From positions 79,610,001 to 79,674,000 of the forward strand of contig NC_045696.1 of assembly GCF_009834535.1 (NCBI RefSeq): DNA of 64,000 bases, written 5' to 3'. Shown here one piece after another: positions 26,796 through 38,559 of this stretch (position 1 is the first letter of the stretch; each line of letters starts with the position of its first letter). This stretch comes from Camelus ferus (Eukaryota). The position numbers and the translations under genes were made by a program. A model generated the notes under the pieces. It was not told the DNA's origin. It was given only the letters and a program-made list of their open reading frames with translations, and did not search any database.

Positions 26796-29649
26796 CTCTT
26801 TTTCTTTTAAGAGTAACAACTTTTATTATTATGGTCATTTAAGTTAAAATTATTAAACACAACAGCCTCAATAAAATTATATTTTGAATAACATTCAAAG
26901 GGGCAAATGGACATTTGTAAACCCTTCTTTATCTCTTCTCTCTTAGACCTAGAGGCTCATGATTTGCTCCAGGATAGTCTCCTGTTAATTTTGGGGTCTT
27001 TCATAAGCTGATTCCAGGTTACTATCCCCCTTGTAGCCTCCCTGCATTTACTTTGGAACTAGAAAAGTGACAAATAAATGATTATCTTTAAACATACCCT
27101 AGAACTCCTAGGGAGAAGACTGCCTTTGTGTAGGTTAGAAAACACAAAAAAAGATACCGTAACTCCCTGGTGTAGGAGAACTAAAGGGTGTTCCAAAGAC
27201 TTCAAAGCAAAGGATGGAACGTCTTTGGGACTAGGAAAGATTATTTTTCTCCTTCAGAGAGATAATAAAAAAGTAAAATGAGGAGGAAATGGGGACAATA
27301 AAAAAAGGAACCTGGGAAGGACAGAAGCGCTACATGGGAGGGAGCCAGGAGAAGAACCCACAGGACTACAGAGAAGAGATGTCTAATTTCAATCTTTGAA
27401 GTGTTCACTGCATGATAGGCAGAGACCACTTCTCCCTTTCCCATTACTCAAGTTCTTCAGCACATCAGGAAACTGCTGTATCATGTCAGTTTCATGAATG
27501 TACTGTAAGGAGTGGATATTATAGATCATTGTTGTGGTTGTGGGTGGAAATTGGCAAGGGAGTTGCACTTTGTAAGAGAGTGTAGTGTGTGGAGAGAGTA
27601 GCATGTGGAAGCAGAAGGCTGGGTGATAGAGGAGATCATGAAAATGTGAACTCTCTGCGAATCTGAAGAAAGCTTGGGGAGACCTATGGACTTACAGTGG
27701 TCATGGACTTGAGTTGAGGGCTTTGAGACAATATGTAGAACTCCTAGGAGCAGAGGGCCTCTCAGCTGACTGTCAGCTGCAGGATCATCATGAATTATCA
27801 GGAAGACCTGTTTCAGGTAACCAATACTACAGCCAAAAACATGTGAAACCACCTATTGATGCTGAGTGTTTAGAGGCAACCAGATAATAATTCAACTAAA
27901 TTATGGGTGTATATTTTTCATACTCTATTAGGGCTAGAACAATCTATTATTAAATGTCCAGATAAATAAGTTTCCTGTAAGCCCATTCTTTGTTTTTGAA
28001 AATTATCTGTTTCATCTCTTTCGTGATGTATAAAATAGAAATATATGGAGTACCTTTCATATGATCATTTCAAAATTACAAATATGAAGCAACATTCATA
28101 CAACATCTGGGAAGAAGTTGTCAGTTTAGCATTATATCGATGGAGCAATAAAATGTATACAATATACAGTAATATACAGTATTAATAGCTAATGTAACAT
28201 AGTGATGTTCTAAGAAGTAGTAAACTTTGTAATCCTTTCTTGCATACTATCACTACAAACTATCTTCTAGTATGTAGAAGACAGAGCACTGGATTAAATC
28301 CCCATGGTTTAATTATCACATCTATGACTAGATAGTTTGGGATTTTTAATAAGTTAATTCACTCCTCTGAGTCTCTGTTTTCTAATCTACAAGATGAATT
28401 GTTGAATGTTATGATTGTTAAATACCACAATTATAAATTTTTGTTTCCTTTATGAATTGCAATGGAAAGGCCAGAAATATGCTATGTACTTACACTGTTG
28501 CCTTAGTGACAGAAATTTCTTTCAGCATCACAAACTCACAGTAATATAGATGGAATTATTAGCCCATACAACTCTTAAGATAATAAAATAACAGTTTTAA
28601 AGGATCTCTGAGCAGTCCATCAAAACTCTACTTTGGCATAATACGATCAATATATCCCCCAAATGGCCTCACTTCTGGAACATCTCTTGTGAGAAAGAAC
28701 TCATTAATATATGACATCTATGTGTCTCTTTGCTGGCATCAGGTCCTATGACTTGTTTGAGACATTTATTTTCATGTCAGTTGCAGATGATAACTGTTAG
28801 GGACTTTACTGTAAAGACAATGAAAGGCCTCTGTCCCTCTCCTTGCCCTGGGAAGACAGATCCAAAAAAGAAGCTGTTTTCTCTTTTTCCTACAGTTCAA
28901 CATCTACCCTGTTATTTCCCTCTGAGTTCAGCTTTAAGTGCGTGCACACACACACACACACATGCTCTCTACAGATTCTTCCCTGCAGATAGACAGAAAA
29001 TATTGTGCACCAGTAAATAGGTCAGTAAGGCCATATAACGTTAATACAGAAGGAGCTGGCTTCTATCCATTTGTGCAAAACACAATGGGTCAAAGCTGGA
29101 TTCACGCTTTTTTTTTGTTGTTGTTACTTTTAACATAGTAGTAGATAGAAAACAGATTTAAGCATTTCAGTTTTAAGATGAAAAGAATCCTTGAAACATC
29201 ATATGCATTTGTCTTAAGGAAGATTTGTAAATAGCATGCTCTTGTCTTTACATAGACGGTACTATTTTGAAATGCCAAGCAACCCTTTTTTGAGTACACT
29301 TTTGCAGCCTTTATTCCTGAAAATAGTTCAATAACTGTAACTAAATAAAAGGATTGAAACTCAATACTCTCTTTTTCTTTCTGTCTTTTGCTAACAGAAA
29401 AATGTTGAAAGTGGACTCATCATTCAATATGAGAGAGATGCCAAATGAGTGAAAGAAGCAGTTATGGAGAAGAAACAGTAGAGTCTGGGCAAGTTGCCTA
29501 AAGGGACACTTGGGTTAACCTTCATATTGGAATTGAAAATGTGAATAATTTTCTTTTCATTTTTTCCCTGGATTCTAACAATGACAGTAGTCTTTGAACT
29601 TGTGTTACTTGTTTCTTGTTCTTTTATCAAGGCAGAAAGACACAACAAG

Positions 29650-29880
29650 AAAGCAGGTTTTAGAGTCAGAAAGCCCAGAGCTTGAATCCAAGCACTACTA
29701 CTTACTTGTTACGCGATCCTTGTGAATATTCTTACTCAATTTAAATTCAGTTTTCTCATCTAGAAATTATTACTAAAATAATAATTACCATATAATGGTA
29801 TTACGAGGATTGAAAAGAAAATTACCCGTAAACAGTATACTGTGTACCTTGCACAAAGGCATTCCTTAATAAATCATATC
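29650..29880 (+). mobile_element. MIR SINE
   Basis: ttttagagtcagaaagcccagagcttgaatccaagcactactacttactt..tcagttttctcatctagaaa. Confidence 0.8.
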
Positions 29881-30251
29881 CACTATTGTCATTTGGGTAT
29901 ATTGAGTACATATATTGAATTTGAGTCTAAATATTGAGAAACCACTAAATAAAAATAAGAGACTGAGCTCTTAACTTTTGAAATTATAAAACTTCCCCTC
30001 TGTTTTAAATCATATGCATGAGCAAATAGCCAAAATGACTATATATTCAAAATTATGTATTGGAATAAAATGTGTGTAAATCAAGACACATATATTTTCA
30101 GAGCTATGAAGTTGCAGAATGGCTGAGTTTATCATACGTTGCAGAGCCTCTGGATGCTTAGCATAGAGAATGAGGCCAAAGAACCTAGTCCAGTTTATTT
30201 CTAAGAGTAACTTTTTTTAAGTGGCTAAGATGAAAATCACATTGGTAATTT

Positions 30252-30420
30252 ATGCTGGATAGCCTCTATTTGCCCCTTCAGATCCTCTCTCTGACCTTCT
30301 CCACCCTGCTATATATTCCACAAGACCAACCTCGATATATCCACTGGCTCTCTTGTCCAGTGATTTTGGCTTGAGTTCAGCTAATGGAAAGCACCAGAAG
30401 GAGATCAAAAAGAAGCAGGA
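30252..30420. mobile_element. LTR33-like ERVL LTR fragment
   Basis: tgctggatagcctctatttgccccttcagatcc..ttctccaccctgct..gctaatggaaagcaccagaaggagatc matches the LTR33 end as I recall it. Confidence 0.7.
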
Positions 30421-32821
30421 GAAATTATACTTCTGGCCAAAATGAAGTAACATATTATATTTAACTCCCTCCTAAGAAAAACTAGTGAATTATACTAATA
30501 TATTTTTAAAATGCAGTATCAGTTATTGGACACCAGGCGATTCAGGACCATGAACCCTGAGAGAGAAAACACAAACAAGAGGAAGGCTGAAATCTCCCAG
30601 TTTACTGCCAGGAGAGGGTTTCCAGCTTGCAGTGCAGGAAGTGGAGATCTTTCTGTGTTGAGGAGATGTAAGTGGCAAATAAGGAAGGCCAAGGGGTCAG
30701 CTAGGGAAGAGAGCTGCACAGAGTGAGAGAGTTCTAGGTATCTACAGAGGGTTCCCATGGAGTCTTTAGCTAAGTGTTGATCAGCAAGTGTGTGTGAAAA
30801 AATTATCTAACACTTGGAGTAAGAAAAACCACAGAAAGGAACACGCAGAACAAACAACCTTTGGTGTTAACAAAGACCAGGGATAGTTTGTGTTCCCATC
30901 AGACAGTAAAAAGCCTCAGAATTCAGGGGACACTAAGTAAAGTACTCAAAATGGTATTTATTTAGTAGTGGGACAAAACGAACTTTAAACAAAGGCTCTT
31001 TTGGTCTCATCTAACAAAACTTAAAAGCAAAGATCAAACCATATCCTAATAATTTAACTACTCACAGGGGAAAAACAAAACAAAACTCAAGATTACTTAC
31101 AGAGATACAAAAGTATCAGGTACTCAAAAAGGTAAAATCCACAATGTCTGCCAAGCAAGAAAATGCAGCCTACAATATAAAAAATAGTCAAGCAACAGAA
31201 ACAGACCATGAAAGGATCCTGATAATAAAAATATTAGAAAAGAATATTAAAATAGAATTCTTATACTAACCTTCCATATTTTCAAGAATGTAGAAAAGAC
31301 TAGTCATGTAAGGTACAAATATGGAACAAAAAAGATGTATGTATATACACACAAACTGACATAGATAAAAAAATATAATGCCTGAGATGAAAAATGTACT
31401 AGATAGTATTAAAAATAAATTAGACACTAATAGTGAAAGGGCTGCTGAACTTAACAAACAACAATAGAAAAATCCAAAACAAACAGAGGATTAAAAAAAT
31501 ACTGGAAAAAAATGAACAAAAATGACCAGAGCATCAGTAAGCTGTGTGACAACTTCAAGTGGCCTATTATATGAGTAACTGAAGTCATCAAAGTAAAAGA
31601 CAAAACAAAATATTTGAAAAAATAATGGCTGGAATTTTTTCCATATTTCATGAAACTTGATAACCACAAATTCAAAAATCTTAAATCCCAACCATAAGAA
31701 ACATGAAAAAAAGTGCACCAGGACACATCATAACTTCCAAAAACCATTAGTAAAAAGAAAATCTTAAAGATTCCTATGGGAAAAAGATCCATTATGTGTA
31801 GAAGAAAATTAATACCACATAACAAAGAAGGTTGTATCCCAGAATGAAAGGTTGGTTTAATCATCAAAATTAATCAATATAATTCATCCCATTAAAAGCA
31901 TAATGGAAATAATATGACTGTCTCAATAAATAGTCAAAAAGCATTTGACAAAATACAATCTGCATTCATGAGAAAAACACTCAGTAAACTAGAGATAAAA
32001 GGAAAATCTGTCAGGCTGATGAAGGACCTCTCCAAAATCTTCTAGCTGGCATTATATTTAATGCTGAAAGACTAATTTTTTTCTTCCTAAATTAAAACTA
32101 AAGGAAGTATTTTTTCATATTATTTCTATTGAGCACTTATTAGCAATCCTAGGCATTGCAACAAGGCAAGAAAAATAAGTAAGTGATGTAATTATTACGA
32201 AATTAGAAGTAAAAATATTGTTATTCACAGAAAACAAAGTTGTCCATATGTAGAAAACCTGATAGAACCCCTCCTTTAAATAAAACACAAGTAGAGTTAA
32301 TAAGCAAAATTATGTATGTTGCCAAATATAATGTCAAGATGCAAAAGTAAATTTTATTGTATAAATTGACAAACTCACTCTGAAATTCATACAGAAACCC
32401 AAATGATCATATAAAGAATTAAAATTCTGGAAGATTTACAAATCTTGATATTAAAACATTTTATAGAGCTACAGTAAGTATGACAGTGTGAAATTGTTGT
32501 AAAGATAGACTAAAGGTTAACTTAATAGAATAGAGAGCCCAGAAAATATATGTAAAATCCACACACATATATGGTAAATTGGATTTTGCCTAGGTATAAA
32601 TTTTTTTCAGTTATAAAAAGAGAGTTTTGTCTTGTTTTAACAAATGATGCTTGAATAATTGGAGATTGCTATGAAAAGTGAAATAAACTTCAATCCCTAT
32701 TTCATTCTACATGTAAAATTTTTGAGGTGAATCACAGACCTAATATAAAAGATTACCATAAAGATTGTAATAAAAATCATAGGACAATATCGTCAAGAAC
32801 TTGGAGTAGGTAAAGATTTCT

Positions 32822-34719
32822 TTTTTTAAGTATAAATGATTATTTTCACTCATGTCATGTTTTATAAAGATGCATAAAATTTGGGACTTGTTTCAATATT
32901 TTTGTGGAAATGCATAAAACACTAAATTTGTCACATGGAATTTCCAGTTGTTTGCAGTAATGCTTAAGGTTTATGCTCATAAACACAATTATGCTTATAT
33001 ATTCTTTCTTCTCTACCTTTATTGAGGTATAATTGAGAAATAAAAATGGTTTAAGTTTAAGGTGTAGAATAACATGATTTGATATACATATATATTGTGA
33101 AATAATTACTATATTCAAGCTAATTAAACATCCATCACCTCACATAGTTACTTTTTTTTTTCATGGTGAGAATACTTAGGATCTACCCTGTTCAGATATT
33201 TCAAATACACAATACATTATTATTAATGTAATGTAATTTGAAATCAGGAAGTGTGGTGCCTCCAGCTTTGTTCTTCTTACTCAAGACTGCTTTAGCTATT
33301 TGAGGTTTTTTTGTGATTTCACATAAAAATTAGAATTTTTTCTATTTCTGTGAAATTCAGAATTTTGATAGGGACTTCACTGAATCTGCAGGTTATTATG
33401 GGGTATTACAGATACGTTAACAGTATCAATTCTCCCAATCCATGGACACAGGATATCTTTTTATCTATTTGTGTCTTCATCAGTTGCTCTCATCAGTGTC
33501 TCGTACATTCCAGTGCAGAGATCTTTCACCTCCTTGATTAAATTTACTCCTGTTTTATTCTTTTTGATTATACTTGTCTATGTGATTATAAGTGGAATTA
33601 TTTTTCTGCTTTCTTTTTCATAGTTTGTTGTTAATGTATAGAAATGCAACTGACTTTTATATGTTAATTTTGTATCCTACAACTTTACTGAATTTACTTA
33701 ATAGTTTAATAGTTTCTTGGTGGGATCTTTAGAGTTTTCTACATGCAAGATCATGTTATCTGAAAATAGTAACAGTTTTATATCTTCCTTTCCAATCTGG
33801 ACGAATTTTATTTCTTTTTCTTGCCAAATTTCTCTGGCCAGGACCTACAGAACTATATTTAACATAAGTGGTAAGAGTGATACTGTGTATTGTTTCTGAT
33901 CTTAGGGGAAAAACTTTTAGCACTATTGAGTATGATGTTAGCAATTGACTTGTCATACATGGCCTTTATATGTTGAAGCACTTTCCTTGAATACCTAATT
34001 TGTTGAGAATTTTTATCATAAAAGGATGTTAAATTTTCTTAAATGCTTTTTTTCTGCATCTTTTGAGATTATCATATGATTTTTATCCTTTATTCTGTTA
34101 ATGTGGTGCATCATATTTATTGATTTGCATATGTTAAAACATCTTTGTTTCTCAAGGATATCTTCCACTTGATCATGGTATAATCCTTGTAATGTACTGT
34201 TGAATTTGGTTTCCTAACATTTTGTTGAGGATTTTTGCATCTATATTCATCAGAAATATTGGTCTACAGTTTTCTTGTAGTAGCCTTATCCGACTTTTGT
34301 GTCAGGGTAATGCTGGCCTGTGCTGAATCACAGGCCACTTCAGGCCACTTCCTGTGCTGGCCTGGAGCTGGATCACAGGCCACTTCAGGGTCCATGGCCA
34401 GGAATAAGGTTGGTAGGCCCACTGCCCAAGGCATGAATAGGTTCCTTCCTTGTCACTTGGCAGATGGTGTCAGAACCAAGGCCAAACAGTGCTATAGCTG
34501 AGTCTACAGGGAAACTGAGCTGTTTCAAGACGGGCATCGGCCTGCCTTCCCAAAGTGGCCCTTTTTGTTCTTGGGCTCCATCAGAGTTTTACAACCTCCT
34601 ACTTGGATCCCAAAGCTGCCATAAGGCATTTTTGTCTGTGAAAGACTGCCAAAATATTGTTTCTTTGGGGGATATGAGCTGGGGACCTCATGTTCTGCCA
34701 TCTTTCTGACATCATTCTC
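32822..34719 (-). mobile_element. internally deleted L1MA-type element with 5' end, ORF2 piece, 3' end and extra 3' tag
   Basis: 5' end gagaatgatgtcagaaagatggcag (minus strand from 34719); ORF2 ~33230-34319; 3' UTR ~33017-33226; TSD taggYaaagatttYt 32807-32821 / 34720-34734. Confidence 0.8.
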
Positions 34720-35397
34720 TAGGCAAAGATTTTTAAAACAAAACATGAATTTGATAAACTATAAAAGAAAAGGATTGATAATTTTTAATTTATTAAAATT
34801 AAAAATTTTGAACATCAAAATGTACCACTAAGAATCTTTTCACAATGTATGTGTATATCAAATCATTCTGCTATATACTGCAATACCTTATAATTTTGTC
34901 AACTATACCTCAATAAAGCTGTAGGGGAAAAGATACTGTTAAAAAAATAGTCAATCTACACATAAGAAAAATACATTTGCAAAATACATATCAGAGAAAG
35001 AACTTATATCCGGAAAATATCAAAAGTTACAAGTCAAAAATAAAAAAGATTATTAAAAATGGTCAAAGGACTTTAACATTCATCACAAAGGTACAGAATG
35101 GTCAACAGGCACATGAAAAGGTATTTACATCCTTAACCTTGAAGAAAATGCAAGTTAAAAATATAATGAAACATCATGTTACACCCAGTAGGATGGCTAA
35201 GATTATAAAAAATAATGATAATATAATGATAATACAAATGTTGGCAAATTTATAGAGCGGCTGTATCTCATTTTTTTAATGGTATGAGTGTAAAATGACA
35301 CAACTGCTTTTGAACACTGTTTGGAATTTTCCCATGAAGTTAAACATAAATCTACCCTATGATCCAGCAACTCGACTCACCCAAGATAAAAAAATGC

Positions 35398-35470
35398 ATG
35401 TGTGTGTATATATATATACACACACACACACATAACACACACACACATATATATATACATATATATATAT
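35398..35470 (+). repeat. compound (TG)(TA)(CA)(TA) microsatellite
   Basis: read directly. Confidence 0.9.
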
Positions 35471-37789
35471 TAAGACTTATATAAAAATATTGATAGCAAT
35501 TTCAACGATAATACCTTAAACTAGAAACAACCCAAATATCCATTAAGAGGTATACAGATAAACAAAGTGAGATATATTCACAAAATAAAATACTCTTCAA
35601 AAATAAATATAAACAAAGTATCAGTAATTTCAACAATAGGGATAAATCTCAAAAATACCATAGCTAGTGAAAGAATATAGACACAAAAGAGTATACGCTA
35701 TTTGATTTTATTTACATGAAAGCTAAGAACAGGCATAACTAATGCACATTATTAGGACACTTGATTACCTCTTGAAGGTGGTAAACTGGCTAGAAAGGGG
35801 CATGAGGGAAGCTCCTGGGGTGTAATTATCTCTGTCTTTTCTGGAGTTGTAGTTGCACAGGTTTATACAATTCATCAATCTGACCATACTATTTTACATA
35901 AATCATACCTCAAAGATGACAACTTGTTGATGTTTCAAGTAAAGTTGAGAAAAGCAAGATGATGTTAGAAATCATGTAGATAGAAGTGATTTGAGAGCAG
36001 GGAACCATGGAGAAGGTGAAACATTTGTGTTAGAGAGAAGGAAGACACGTGGAGAAATAAAGAACAGTGGGTAGGAGATAACCCCTCTTTATGAATAAAA
36101 GTGCCCATCAGAGTAAAAAAGAAAAACTGCAAAGACAAACAAATCTTGTCATTATGTACAATAAGTAAGAATTCAAAGAAATGCAGTAGAGGGTAGATAA
36201 TGAGTGGGACCTAACTTGATAATTTAGAAATATGAAACAGCTGTGTTATGAGAAAGTTTATGGTATACAGAAGTATAATGAAGTTCCCAATAGCTACTTC
36301 CTTGACCAATTCTAGCTCCAATGTGAACACTACTTCAGCTTTGAAATTCTGTGCTCTTTGAGAAAAGAAACTTTCAATTCCAACGGAAGGAAAAAGAGAA
36401 AGAACCATTTTCCTTACTTTAAGCTTTATCATGTTATAAATCTTCAAATTATTTTAGTGTTTATAATTATTGTAAAAAAATTTTTTCTTTTTTGTCATTC
36501 CTCACAAGTCACTATGCAGTTATTTATGCTAGAATAGATATGTTAATTCACTCATTTGCATCATTTATGATACTCTTCCCAGAAGGAGAAAAACACCTTT
36601 AGTTTGATTAAACACATCTTGTGTGATTTAAGAACAATCTTTAAGTTTATTCCTCATCTTGGTATTCTTTTTTTATCAGGTCTGCTGATCCTCACTATTT
36701 CTTGTGTGTAAAAAAGGGGGAAAAAGTTGTTTAGCAGCTGGTTAAGAAAAATAGCTTTATGTTATTGTCATAAAATGAGCTTGGGTCAATTGACAAGCAT
36801 AAAAAGAAAAATATCTAAAGTATTTTTTTTCTGCTCTAAAGCTGTATTCATTGCTTTAGTCTGGTTCTTCTTTTAATTATTTAGGTTTCACCTTGCCTGT
36901 CATTATATCACTGTAATGATGCAACAGAAGTCCAAACCATTTATAACATTTATACATGTATACTCTTTGAATCACCATAATTATTTGCTTTAGCAATTAT
37001 TTCTGCACTGCCTGTGACATTTATTCTATTGCCCCTTATAATGTTCTTTGATTTCTGTTTTATTTTTCCTGCTTAAAAAAGTTTCTTTTATCTGAATATG
37101 TTTTTCAATAAATTCAGCATTAATGATGTATCTTCTTGACCCTGTAGATTCTTAATATCCTCAAAACCAATGACTTCCTTGCTTAAGAGTCACTTTTGTG
37201 TTGACTTAACCCTGACTCCCTCAGAAAGTTAAATGTATTTCTTCTCTGTTCCCATTGCATCTTGTATAATACGACAGCAATCAACATTCTTTGTTAGTTT
37301 CCACTATTAAACTGTCACCAATTGGACAGTTTAAAACCATATAGATTTATTGTCCTTTTTTCCTACTTTCTCACCTCTCCTAAGTTTGCTTTTTGTACTC
37401 AGGGTTACAGTCCCTCTCATGTCCCTATTCTTCTCAGCCATATCCTATTTTATTACTACTATGAAACCTAGGTACAATTATGGTTAAAGGAAGGTACAAA
37501 ATAAGATATGGAAAATGCCACCTAGAGAATAGGTCTCCACATGGTGACATCGTTTGGTTAATTCACTCTAGTTTAGGTGCACAGTGATTTAGTTTCAGAA
37601 ATTTATCTGAGTTTCAGAAACCAAATGTACTGAAATAAATATCTATATTCATATCAAACCTAGCTTAACAGCAATGAATATAATGTTCTTATACTTAGAA
37701 CTGTGAGTCCCAAAACTGTGGACTGGATAGATAGTCTGACATCCTATCTGTGGATCTAAGCTAGACTCCCTTGATGCTGCTGCTAACAG

Positions 37790-38010
37790 TAATAAAATAA
37801 TTCCTAACACTTGTCTAACATCTGTGTGTGAGTGTGTGTGTGCCAGAAATGTTCTAAGCATTTAATATTTAGTCTCACAACAATCTGAGGGGATAGGCAC
37901 TAATTTTTTCTCTGTTTTACAGATAACAGGACTGAGGCACAGATAGGTACGATATAGTGAAGGTGGAATTTAAAACCAGACAGTTTGGCTTTAAGTTTCT
38001 TGCTCTTAAT
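37790..38010 (-). mobile_element. MIR SINE
   Basis: tgtgccagaaatgttctaagcatt..tctcacaacaatc..gttttacagataacaggactgaggcacagatagg. Confidence 0.8.
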
Positions 38011-38039
38011 CGTGATGTCAAAACACCTCTCAATTAAAT

Positions 38040-38391
38040 AAACGACCCTATGAGTTGGACCCAGAAATGAGCGGGGCGGAAGACAGAGGACATGAGGAAT
38101 TCGTTTTGCTGAGGCGGATTATGGCAAAGGCAGTTTGGTTCTGTAGTTAGCACTTCCAGATTTGGTATTTCCTTGCAGCAGTAGAAGTTGCTTTTCTACT
38201 CACATAGAAATGATATTACTCTACGGCCTAAGAATTGTTGCTGGAAGCTCCCTGGAGTCTGTTTTTCTAGCTGCCTCAACTATATCCATAACCACCTGGT
38301 AATAAACCAGTTTTTCCTTAAACAAACTAAAATAGTGTCTGTTGTAGCCCCTGGCTTCTATCCAATACAATAATTGGTACCAGAAGTGGGG
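38040..38391 (+). mobile_element. ERVL-class LTR 3' part plus tRNA-Leu primer-binding site
   Basis: AATAAA at ~38301; LTR end ..aataca 38369; PBS TGGTACCAGAAGTGGGG 38375-38391. Confidence 0.65.
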
Positions 38392-38559
38392 GCAGCAATT
38401 GAAAGGGGCAGCATAGCAAGAGACCAGCTGAGTGTCTTGCTACAGAAAGTTCTATGGTGCTGCTAGCAAAAGTGGGGTTCAGGGTGCTGCTTTCCTACCA
38501 AAACGTTTTGTACCTCAGAGTAGCTACCTTTAAGTTAAAAGGGAAGTCAGAGGACAATA

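Larger units (their letters stand above)
30425..35912 (+). mobile_element. old L1 (L1MC/ME-like): 5' UTR, ORF1, ORF2 and 3' UTR remnants, interrupted at 32822-34719
   Basis: ORF1-like 31300-31800 (agcatcagtaagctgtgtgacaacttcaag); ORF2-like gcatttgacaaaatacaa; 3' end ..acataaatcatacctcaaa. Confidence 0.8.

Noticed and set aside
29365..29545. Plus-strand splice acceptor (polypyrimidine..ctaacAG 29397) and possible exon
   Set aside because: All three frames stop within about 60 nt and there is no convincing donor; cannot be supported without RNA data
34320..34392. Repeated atcacaggccacttcagg units as a CRISPR-like array
   Set aside because: Only two to three imperfect units without unique regular spacers; consistent with tandem repeats of an L1 5' UTR in a mammalian genome
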